The notes under the pieces are model-generated. The model was given only the letters and a program-made list of their open reading frames with translations. It made no database searches and was not told the DNA's origin. Shown here in pieces: positions 27,985 to 39,015 of a DNA stretch of 43,776 bases. A program made the translations under genes and the position numbers. Within the stretch, counting starts at the first letter, position 1, and each line of letters opens with the position of its first letter. Source of the DNA: Eledone cirrhosa (taxonomy: Eukaryota); the NCBI GenBank assembly GCA_964016885.1, contig CAXHJY010001459.1, forward strand, positions 1 through 43,776, given 5' to 3'.

Positions 27985-29480
27985 TTACATATGGCAGCAG
28001 CAATAACTGCCAGTGTCATTCCTCTGTCAACTATCATCCAGTCAGTCTTACTAGCTGCATTGCTAAACTGATGGAATCCTGTGTCAGAGAAACACTTTGG
28101 AACTTTTGGAACTTCTGGAACCCTCAGTCTTATCCAGCCCTCGCAATTTGGATGTATCCCTAACTCCATCTGCTGTGATCAACTTATCGAGTTTCTTGAA
28201 GACATCACCCGGATCACTGATGGTGGCTCATGGGTAGATGTTGTTTACTTTGACTTTGCTAAAGCTTTCAATTCTGTGCCACCCAAAAGACTTATGGCAA
28301 AACTCTCTGCAATGGGTGTGAAGGATGATCTTTTTAACTGGTTGAAGTCGTTCATTCTCAGTCGAAGAGAGGTAGTCACGGTTCTAGGACAGCATTCCTC
28401 ACCATATGAGATGTCATCTGGTGTACCACAGGGATCTGTTCTTGGCCCCCTTTTGTTTGTGGCATATATTAATGACATAGATGCCAATTTAAAGAATGCC
28501 AGAGTACAGAAATAGGCAGATGACATCAAGCTGTACCTTGAGATAAAAAGGACAGATCCTGAACACTATAGATTTTTCCTGCAATCTGACCTGGACACAA
28601 TGCAGCAATGGATCATGGACTGGTTACTCAAGTTGGCTGTGGACAAGTGTACCACCATGCATTTTGGGAGTAAAAACTCAGCGTCCACATACTCCCTCCA
28701 CAATGCTAATATCAAGAAGTCTTCTTATGAACGTGACCTGGGCATTACTGTCAGCAGCGATTTGCGTTGGACAAAGCACGTCTCTAAAATTGTCAAGAAG
28801 GCCGAGGGTGTCTTAGCATCACTCAGCAACACCTTTGTCAGCCGCTCTCCAGCTATCTATTTAAAGCTGTATATAGCTATGGTGCGGCCACACTTAGAAT
28901 TTGCATCACCAGTCTGGAACCCCTATCTTGTTCAGAACATTGATCGCCTGGAAACTGTTCAGAGACGGACAACCAAGTGAATACCCTCCATCAGGCATCT
29001 ACCATACACTGAGCGCCTTGCTTCCCTGGGCATGGATACATTGAAGCTCCAATGTCTGTCAACTGACTTGGTAAACACCCACAAAATTATTAACCATCTT
29101 GCCAACAAGAACCCTGAACACTTTTTTGATTTCCATGTCTAACACATGTGGGCATGCCAACAAAGTCAGAAAACAGCACAGCTCCCATGACTTTCGGAAA
29201 CATTTTTTCATGCTCAGAGTTGCTGAAGCATGGAACAAACTACCTGCATCAGTTATTAGCTGTCGAGACACTGCATCCTTTAAAACTTCCATGCTTCCTG
29301 AGATTCGCCAACACTATACCTGATATCCCCCCTCTATACACACACACACACATGTATTTCATGACTGGTACACTGTTCATTTTCCTGACATTTGTACATT
29401 ATTCTATGTACTATACATGCACCTTTGATGAGTTGTAGTGCACCTAAGCACTGTACACAATAATTTCATTACTATTATAA
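27985..29480 (+). mobile_element. CR1/L2-group LINE, 5'-truncated and degenerate
   Basis: NYHPVSLTS, DVVYFDFAKAFNSV, SGVPQGSVLGPLLF, (Y>*)ADD, ERDLG, VRPHLEFASPVWNP, WNKLP; short (TTA)-like tail. Confidence 0.92.
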
Positions 29481-29537
29481 TCTATAAACCCTTCTTACAC
29501 AGAATATACAATATTTATCCATATACAATATTTATCC

Positions 29538-29575
<38 letters not shown>

Positions 29576-32556
29576 CTGTCTGTCTGACTGTCTATTTGTT
29601 TTTCTGTGTTTTGGGCAATTAACTTTATCATTACTAAAGTAATGTGGATTTTTGTTTTAAATTTAACAGACAGTAAAGGATGGCGATAATGATAATGATG
29701 ATGATGATGATGATATGGTGTGAAAACTGATAAAGTGCCAAAGTTAGTTGAATAGAATTTGTGAAATTCACATCAAGAGCCTCACCTAGATGACTAAAAG
29801 CAGTAAGTTTCATAGTGTGAAGAATTTTTTAAAGAAATTAATTTACAAGATAAAAAACTGAAGGACTATTTGTACTGTGATAAAAATAAAAAGAAAAGAT
29901 TAATAATAAAAAAATAACTCTTAGATAGCTTCAGATAATTGCTTCAATCTTGATGCATTGATCACTTTGGTTGGATCACTTATAATTTTGAACTTACAGG
30001 GAAGGAGCACGAATCACAACCTTAGGGAAAACAAAATTCAAGATCAGATGATAAAACGTTTTAGAACAAACTAGAATATGTGAAAAAGAGAGGTGATATG
30101 TCTTAATCCGTATGGTGAGAAAATGGGGTCCCACGTGCTGGCCTCCTCACAGCCCCGACAGACAGAATGAAAATTATGTACCTGTTGCTGAGGCAACATT
30201 CCAATAAATTATGCACTCAAGTCAGTCTCTAAAGTATGTAATGGCACACCTGCATTAGGAAGTCTTCTTCTCCAGTAATGTATGGAGTATTTCAGTAGTG
30301 AAGCAATACATCAATAGTTTGTGTTTTCCTGATACAGGTTGTGGATTGAAGTGCTTTCTATTATTTTATCCCACAAAAGGCATGCAGATGTCAAGTGACA
30401 GTCTTATCTGTTGGGAGTTTTTTTAGGCTTACCACAATAAAAATAGATTGCAGTGCATTTATGTCATCAGCACTTGATGAGACTTTCACAAATTCTATAA
30501 ACCCCATTCCCATCCACAAATATAAAATTCTTATCTTGTTGGTCTCATAAATTTATATTTGTGGTTGGGAATGGGGTCTATATTAAAAAAAGTAATCGTT
30601 TGCATATGTTCTGCTGATATAGAGGGCATTAACATTTGTTGGAGTACAATGTCAGATGGATGTGAAGGAACAGTCCGCTACGACCCATTTCCATCATGAT
30701 ATAACTCAGATGTCCACAATCAAAATTTTTAAAAGAAAATTAAAAGGGTAAAAAAATGGGAGAAAAATAGAAATAAAAACATTTAAACAAAATAAGATGG
30801 AGTGAAAGGCAGAGAAAAAGGAAAATTAGAATAAAGGAAAAATAAGAAGGAAAAATAACGAAACAAAAGAACACATTGAATTTCTCGAATATGAATTTTC
30901 GATGGATATTTTTCAAGAGAGAAAAATGTAGAAATAAAAGCAAAATTCGTGATTTTCATCGGTAGGTAAACAATAGAAATGTAAATAAAAGTAAATTAGT
31001 TCAATGTCAGTTTATATAGCTGAGAATTTTAAACAAGTATACATAAAAGGTGATTTGAAAGCAGGTGGAAGAGATAGAGAATATACAAATATGAATAAAA
31101 TATCTGTTCGTTTGGGAGTCTTAAACTGAATGTAGTTTAGTACATCGTTTGCTGGCAGTTATCTGTAATGCTGATGCGTGAGTGAGAGTCTGTAAAACAT
31201 ATATATACACCAGGTTCAAATACAAAAGTACCAAACTTCCACTGTCACTGCCTCGGTCTCTCTCCATCTCTCACTATTCTAAATATATTTCTATTTTACT
31301 AGACAATGAAAAAAAAGAAGGTAAAACAGTGTGAGGAAAACAAGGAAACATATTTCAATTGCATCGTCACTCAACGTAAAAAGTAATAAATAATGGAGTT
31401 TCAAAATGCGATTATAAATCCCTAAAGTCAGTTGTATCATTCAACAGAGTCATTAAGCAAGCATTATACAATACGTTGATTTAGACTTCGTTTTAAAATT
31501 CCAATTCTATCAATTATTTTAATGCTTCACAAAATTTTTCAAATTACTGCAAGCCAAGGGACACAACTGTAAAATAGTATTTACATTAATTACCCTCCCC
31601 TAGAATACAATTTAGGCCTGCAGTTTTGAAATTTCATAAGTCACATATGGGTCAAGAACGCAGTTCTTATTAATGGATTTTCATTCGTAATTTATAAACT
31701 AATATCACTATTTTCAACAATATTTACGAAACTTTTTTCTTATAGAGAAGGAATTTGGAAAATTGTGGTATTCTTAAACATGGCTAATTAACAACTCTTC
31801 TTACTGTAACAAACGAGGACCTATTGGCGATATATATGACATACAAATCAATGATCAAACTAAAATCTCCAAAAACAATATTAATAACTATTAATACATG
31901 ATCTCAATAATCAGGTAATCTCATTCTGAACTCTCTTCCCTATTTTCAGAATTGAAATCTGTTTGTTTGTTTTTTAACAATTTTTTTGAAAAAAAAATTA
32001 CCCTCACATATCAAATATAAACTCTCCTCCTATTATTAAACAAAGGTTATTATAAGCTAAAGATGAGTTTAAAATGAAAACGGCCACAGATCTAAATGAA
32101 ATATCTAATTTTAGCCCTGCTAAATAATCAGTTGATAACCTACTAAGGAGGAGTAAAAAAAATATTTCACCAAAATTTCAGTTTCAGTGAATAAAAACAC
32201 TGAGAATTGAGTACGTGAAATATTTACTAAAAATTCTAAACTAATCGGAGAAAAATCCACCAGTTTGATACCATTGTATATAAAGGGAACTTATAATAAT
32301 GTAGTTTAATTCATAAGATATATTGTGAAATTTCCAGTTTGTAACTAGGTAGCTAGTTTCCCCACTCATTGCAATATGATTTTGGTAGTGATAAAAGTCG
32401 AATTCCAAATATTGCTTCTTGAGGGTCTTCCATGGGACTCTCCAGTTTTACCTGTTCTTTTTCTATTCTATACAACAGATTTGTTTAATTCTCTAAATGA
32501 AATTATCAAAGTGTCAGATATTGCCAATGATAACAACATATATACTTACGCTAGTA

Positions 32557-32726
32557 TAGGGTTTCCCAAACCTTTTCAAATGCAGAACTCTTTTTGGTTC
32601 AGAAACTTTGGGGGGGACCCTAAAGTCTAATATTGTTATATGGTCGTAATATAAATATACTACTCCTCTACTTTTTTTCACATAACTCTAGACACTCCTT
32701 TTCAGAACCCAATTTGGGAATCACTG
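32557..32726. mobile_element. hAT-like MITE remnant
   Basis: Imperfect TIRs tagggtttcccaaac / atttgggaatcactg; interrupts the ancient RT just after the YADD-equivalent motif. Confidence 0.6.
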
Positions 32727-33705
32727 CTTAAGTATCATCAATAACAATAAAGCTAAGTTGTGTACAGCTCTAACAACTGCAATTAACTGAACAAACGAAA
32801 ATGGTCAACAATTTGATCCCTCTAAAACACAATAAATTCCTTTCCGTAACTCAGAGTATTTTAATTGCCAATGTGATAAAATATATTTAATGAACCAGCA
32901 ATGAATGCCACAAAAAACTATTAAGATTTTCGGAATTTGGTTAAAACCTTATTTGAAATGGGAAAGTCATCTTAAGTATTCATTGAAAAGAATGACTTCA
33001 ACATGACACTAACAAAGATATATCAAAGAAATACCACTGTCTAAGATATAAACACTTGAAATTATATAATATGGGAGTAATCAACATTTAATTTTTGTAT
33101 GGCAGATGGGTATGGGGAGATACGAGTACTGTCTATCATCAAGTTATTGAAGAATTTCATACTTAAATAGGGAAAACTATATAGGGTTGTTTAAGCTCTA
33201 CTCCTAAAAAAGCTATTTTTCATGAGGAAAGGTTAACCTTTCCTCATGAAGACTCTAGAACATTGAAGTTGCCAACTGCTCAATATAAACAGACAAGAAA
33301 GCAGTATGATATTTGGCTACTTCCATGGATAGAATAATTAAAATCCTTCAAAATAACAATTGAAAAATCTAGAGGAAGTCAAAAATTATAAAAAGAACAT
33401 TATACAAAAAACTGTTTTAACAACTGAGTTATATAGATGGGTGACATTCAGACAATGGGGTAGGGCATAGAGCTACTTAGTCTTTTCAAAATAATAGTAC
33501 AAATATGAGCTTCAGATTACACCATGATTTTACAATAGTTGATGCATAGTGGCAGGGGATGTTAACATCTATAGATTCTACTAAAGAAATACCAGGAAAA
33601 AAGTTTTTCTATTTTCTAGTAGTTTATCAAAGCTAGAACTATTTCAATCAAGAAAGAGATTTTAGGTTTAAAAACATTGAGAGTATTCTGCTAAAAATAA
33701 ATAAT

Positions 33706-34906
33706 AAGCAGGGACTAGAGAGAAAGGGCCTCAAAGTCAACATGACAAAGACTAAGGTCCTTATAAGTAGACGAGAAAACAGAACCCAGATCCCCTCAGG
33801 GAAATGGCCTTGCTCAGTATGTAGGAAAGGTGTAGGTAGGAACTCCATTCTTTGCCCCAAATGCAAACAATGGGTACACAAGAGATGTAGCGGGATCTCA
33901 GGAAGCTTAATTAAGAATGTAGGATTCACATGCAGCAGCTGTGCTGAAACAGCAAGCAAACAGCCACAGGAAACAAGTACCACCAATCTCTGGGAGGGCC
34001 CTGTAGAAACAGTAGACAGCTTCTGCTACCTAGGTGACCGAATTAGCAACGGAGGTGGGTGCTCAGAAAGTACAATAACTAGGGTAAGAACGGGATGGAA
34101 GAAGTTTAGGGAACTACTACCACTGCTAGCTGCAAAAGGCTTCTCCCTCAGAATGAAAGGCAGACTGTATGATGCGTGTATCCGAACAGCGATGTTGCAT
34201 GGTAGTGAGACCTGGGCGCTGAAGGTGGAAGACTTACGTAGATTAGAGAGAAACGAAGCCTGCATGCTCCGATGGATGTGTAACAGTAATATACGTGAAC
34301 GACAAAGCATAAATGAATTGAGAGAGAGACTGAGCATAAGAGGAATCAAATGCTGCGTGCAGGAGAGGCGGTTACGCTGGTATGGACATGTGATGCGTAT
34401 GAAGGATGACAGCTGCATAAAAAGGTGCAGAGCACTAGAAGTTGATGGAAACCGCGGAGTGGGGAGACCCAAGATGACTTGGGATGAGGTGATAAAAGCC
34501 GACCTTACCCAACTACACCTCTCAAAGTCAATGACACACGACCGTGACTTCTGGCGTCACGCAGTAATACAGGGTACCCGACCTCCCATGGGTACATGCT
34601 GAAGCATATAAACAATATGCCCCCCCCCCCCCACCGCAAGGTGGTCGTGGAGGTGCCACGGCAAAAAAGCACCCAGCCCACACTGTAAAGTGGACGTGTA
34701 GGCGCCACGAAAAAGCACCCAGCACTCACTGTAAATGAGGTTGGTGTTAGGAAGGGCATCCAGCTGTAGAAATCAAGCCAGATCAGTTCCTGTATGAGCA
34801 AGGCATGGTCAGCCGACCAGACACTGCCCACAACAGGACAACCCGTCTAACCCATGCTAGCGTGGAAGAACGGACGTAAAACGGTGATGATGATGATGAT
34901 GATGAT
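33706..34906 (+). mobile_element. RTE subfamily C, 5'-truncated, young (uninterrupted ORF 33742-34602)
   Basis: Intact PHD finger, [22 protein letters not shown]; ~300-nt 3' UTR; (GAT)n tail. Confidence 0.95.
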
Positions 34907-35539
34907 TTATCAGAAAATAATATACAAGTGAAAATGATTTGATACTAGGCCATACATATCATCATCATCGTTTATATTAGGGGAAACAAGAAAGCAGATG
35001 AATTAGCAAAAGATGGAGCACAAAGAGAAATGATAGATATAAGTTAAATCATTCACCGAAAACATAATTAGTGAAGGGTGGGAAAATATTGGGAAGAATC
35101 TAGAGGTAAGCAAGCTATCAAATTTCAATCTTCCATTATCTCAACCAGATCTGTGGATGTATGAAATGTATCAAGATATTGAATAAGGTTAAAAAATAGA
35201 GACTTTATTGACTTGGAATGGGCCATATTCCTTTAAACTGTATTTTATCAAGATCAGGTCCTATGAAATCACTATGAAATCACATTTATGTTGTCATAAA
35301 GACTATCTTGAGACTTTATGGCATTATTTGTTCCAATGCAAACATGCCAGTCTGAGAGAAATAACATTTTAAAATTAGTTGTAAAAAGGCTGCCATTACT
35401 GGAGGTGAAATTTATTTTCAATGATCCACTAACCATAAATAAGATCTTTTAATTTATGGAAGCTACAAAAAGATTTAACAGAAACATTTAACAGTTTTTT
35501 ACCCTACCTTCCTCTAATGTTTTTGTTTATTATATGGTG

Positions 35540-36567
35540 ATTGCTTCATCTTTGCAGATGATTGCCATCTCCCTATGTACCCCCATCAACCATCATCAAC
35601 TCCAAACGTCCGCTCATGGTCTTTTAGGTGGCTTTTCAGTGCAACTTTAGATCTGCACGGTTTGCAGCAAATGTGACAGACAAAAGATGTACCCTCTTGG
35701 ATTGATTGGGTCAGTTTATGGGATGTCATCCTTATGTGTCCTCATATGCCTTTTAAGACCAGAGATTGATTTGCAGATCTTGTATACCACACATGTCTCA
35801 CCTAGTATTTGGAGGGACAGAGCTGCATACGGTTGGCTTTTATGTGATTTTAAATGAGTGATGTACCCAGATTTAGAGAGAATTAGAGAACCACACACTA
35901 CACATCACCATCTCCCTATGTTCTTATTGAGGTTCATACTGTGGCCTTTTCGAAGCTGACTTTTAAGTTTTTCATGGTCAAGATGTCTCTCTTCAAACAT
36001 TCTGCAGCCTTCTTTCACATGTCATCTCCATTCAACCTTCTTTAAAGCAAGCACTTCCCAGTTCTGAACTTCAAACTGTAGATCCTTAAAGTTGTTTTTT
36101 ATACAATCTTTATATCTTTTTCTTGATTTGTGCAGGTGTTTCCCAGTGTGCAATTGACTGTAAAATAGTTGTTTTGGTAGTCTTTCCTCATTCATGCGCA
36201 CAACATGGCCTACCCAACGTATTTAAGAAGACATGATGTTAGATTCAATGCTTGTGCAACCCGCATCTATAAAGATTTGTACGTCGGGTATTTTTTGTTG
36301 CCATTTGAAGTTTAGGATTCATCTTAAGCACTTTTGATTAAAGTGTTCAAGCAAATTAAGGTGTCTACAATGTACTGCCCATGTTTCCGAGAGTACAACA
36401 GATCACTCAGAATGCAGGCCTTGTACACACTAATCTTGGTCTGGATATTGATGGCATGATTCGCCCACACTCTCTTTTGAAGTGTTCCGAACGCTACAGA
36501 GGCCTTCTGTATGCTCAGGTGTATTGTTACATCCAGTGAACCATCACTCAACAATGCACTGCTCATT
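35540..36567 (-). mobile_element. Degenerate RTE of a different (BovB-like) lineage with C-terminal C2H2 zinc fingers
   Basis: IQKASVAFGTLQKRVW, TKISVYKACILSDLLY, WVGHV, RLPKQLFYSQL, then three finger-like motifs (SKSGYITHLKSH, CKSISGLKRHMRTH, CHICCKPCRSKVALKSHLKDH). Confidence 0.8.
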
Positions 36568-36714
36568 GTTTCTTATATATAAGGGTTATAAGATAACTTT
36601 AAATTGATTAAATAAATAAATAAGAATAAATAAGGGTTCTTCCATTACTACTTCAACATTTCTCTTATTTGCTGATGGAAAGGGGAATGACAATTTCAAT
36701 TTTAGTAATTTCTT

Positions 36715-36879
<165 letters not shown>

Positions 36880-37269
36880 AGACAAGGAGAAGGAAGAAAA
36901 AAATTAAATACAAAAATAGACCAATAGACAATGAAGTACTGTTTCAGAATTGTGCAGTGTTGACAGTGATCTCCAGTTTCAAATATCTAGAACATAAAGA
37001 AAGGTTAGAGGGTCATACATGTATTCCATTTCCATGGGCTGTGTCAAATATACCTGTGAAATCAAATATAGTTTTTTTAAGGCCACAGATGTCTGATTGT
37101 ACATTATGTTACACCAATGTTAACACTTTTATTATGGAGTTTATAATGAAATACACTGCATTTGAATTAATTAATGGACAATTTGGAGTTATTTGCTAAA
37201 ATAATTAATTATTTCATCATTAAGATTGTATTTATAATATAATTTAACAAAATATTCTCATGTCAAATA

Positions 37270-37452
37270 ATTGTTTCTACTATTGGCACAAGGCCATCAA
37301 TTACCCAGTGCATTACTGGTACTTTATTTTATCGACCCCGTAGGGATGAAAGGCAAAGTTAACCTTGGCGGGATTTGAACTCAGAATGGCAAGGGCGTAA
37401 CTCTATGCATCAAAGCATGGCGTCCGACCCTCTACCGATACTGCCAATCCAT
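37270..37452 (-). mobile_element. tRNA-derived SINE with Nin/Deu-like central domain
   Basis: Reverse complement has B box gagttcaaatcc, gcctttcatcc...ggggtcgataaaataaagtacc and ggccttgtgcc tail. Confidence 0.8.
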
Positions 37453-37734
37453 GTCAAATAATGTTGAAAGATTTTAGTTTAAATAGGAACCTTTTGAAAT
37501 GGATTTATCCAGCCCTGGATTAATGTGATTTAATAGTATAATCTCCTTGGTGCTATACGATAGAAAGAGAGAAAAAAGAGGGAATGAGAGTATGTGATCA
37601 CCTGGATATGTATTAAAAGAGAGAGTGTGTGTGTGTGTATGTGTATGTGTACGCGTGCGCATGTTTTCAATTTCTATGGCGATGCTTGTAGCTGGTCAGC
37701 TTTTATTTCAGCCATTATTTACCACTATTGCCAT

Positions 37735-37927
37735 AGTGGTAGATAGCAGAATCTCTCAAGTGCTACAATAAAACGCCTGTCAGTACATAGTTACGTCCCT
37801 TTACATTTTGAAATTTAATTCTCTCAAGATCAACTTTGTTTTTCGTTTTCATAGATCGATAAAATAAAGTACAAATTGACTATATCCTAAATTTGTGACA
37901 TTGTGCTTTTGTTAGAAATCATTGTTA
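37735..37927 (+). mobile_element. Degenerate copy of the same SINE family
   Basis: tcgataaaataaagtac and ttgtgc...ttagaaatcatt remnants. Confidence 0.6.
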
Positions 37928-38018
37928 CGACAGATATCCAATCAGTTCTCAAACTACAATATAACACAGTCAAACGATTATGTAAATCTCTCTCTCTCTA
38001 GCTATCAACTAGACGCCG

Positions 38019-38240
38019 AGGGCGGCAGATTAGCAGTATCTGTGGAGCATCGGACATGTTTTATGGCATAGAATTACGGCCCTTTACGATCTGAGTTCAA
38101 ATCCTGCCGAGGTTAGCTTTACCTTTCATCCTTATGGGGTTGATAAAATAAAGTACCCGTAATGCACTGGAAGCGATTTAATCGATTTTCCCCACCACCA
38201 AAATTTTGGCCTTGTGCCTAAATCAGAAACCAATATTATT
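38019..38240 (+). mobile_element. tRNA-derived SINE (Nin/Deu-like domain)
   Basis: gagttcaaatcc B box, cctttcatcc...gataaaataaagtacc, ggccttgtgcc, (TTA) tail. Confidence 0.82.
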
Positions 38241-38342
38241 GGTTATTGGTTCATAAATATAAGTTATGAACAAAGTTATCGAAGGAATTCATTTGGTTGA
38301 TTAACAACTGGGACACTGCCCAATCCTACTGTGACCCACCTC

Positions 38343-38561
38343 AATAATAATAATGGTTTCTTATTTAGGCACAAGGCCAACAATTTGGGGGAGAAGAAAG
38401 TCGATTAAATTGACCCCAGTAGGTTACTGGTGCTTTATTTTATCGACCCTCGTAAGGTGACAGGCAAAGCTAACCTCAACAGGATTTGAACTCAGAACGC
38501 AAAAAGCCATAACTAGATGCTGCAAATTATATTGTCCGACGCTCTACCAATGCCAATTCCC
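38343..38561 (-). mobile_element. tRNA-derived SINE (same family, inverted)
   Basis: Reverse-complement homology to 38019-38240. Confidence 0.82.
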
Positions 38562-38639
38562 AATGATGATGATGGAGATTTCTATTATTTGCCACAACAG
38601 TACCAAATGTGGGGTACATTACTGGGCAGATTACATAAA

Positions 38640-39015
38640 GCAAGGGGATTTACATAAAAATCCAATTAAAATAAGAGGTATACATAGTGGAATGATCCTC
38701 AGTTTCGACGCTGTCTTAGCTGTTCAATCAATGGAACAGCCTGTTTATGAAGTAACTTGTAAATGTTGTAGCATTTCACAAACACGAACACCCTTAATGT
38801 AATTCTCAGAGAGATTCAGCAGGACACAGTAATGTGACAACGCTAGCCATTTGAATTACAGGTACAACCCATCCGTTTCCATCTACCCAATTTAACTCAC
38901 ATGTCTTGGATTGATCCGAAGCTGTGGTAAATGACACTTTCCCAAGAAGCCATTCATTGGGATTGAACCCATGACCTAATGATTGTCAAACAAACTTCTT
39001 AATCATTTAGCTACA
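38640..39015 (-). mobile_element. Second tRNA-derived SINE type, degenerate
   Basis: Reverse complement shows B box gggttcaatcc and a CORE-like cttgggaaagtgtc; the extent of the body is inferred. Confidence 0.55.

Larger units (their letters stand above)
31300..35500 (+). mobile_element. Ancient RNase H-containing non-LTR retrotransposon (I/R1/Tad1-type architecture), heavily decayed and interrupted
   Basis: QETYF (~31341), GLPWDSPVLPVLFLFYTTDL (32423-), YIDG (~33431), GHTYIRGNKKADELAK (34948-35012 after removing a small insert), ETLWHYLFQC (~35310). Boundaries approximate. Confidence 0.7.

Noticed and set aside
30120-30260. Cys-containing minus-strand stretch as a gag/ORF1 zinc knuckle
   Set aside because: No consistent frame or CCHC spacing.
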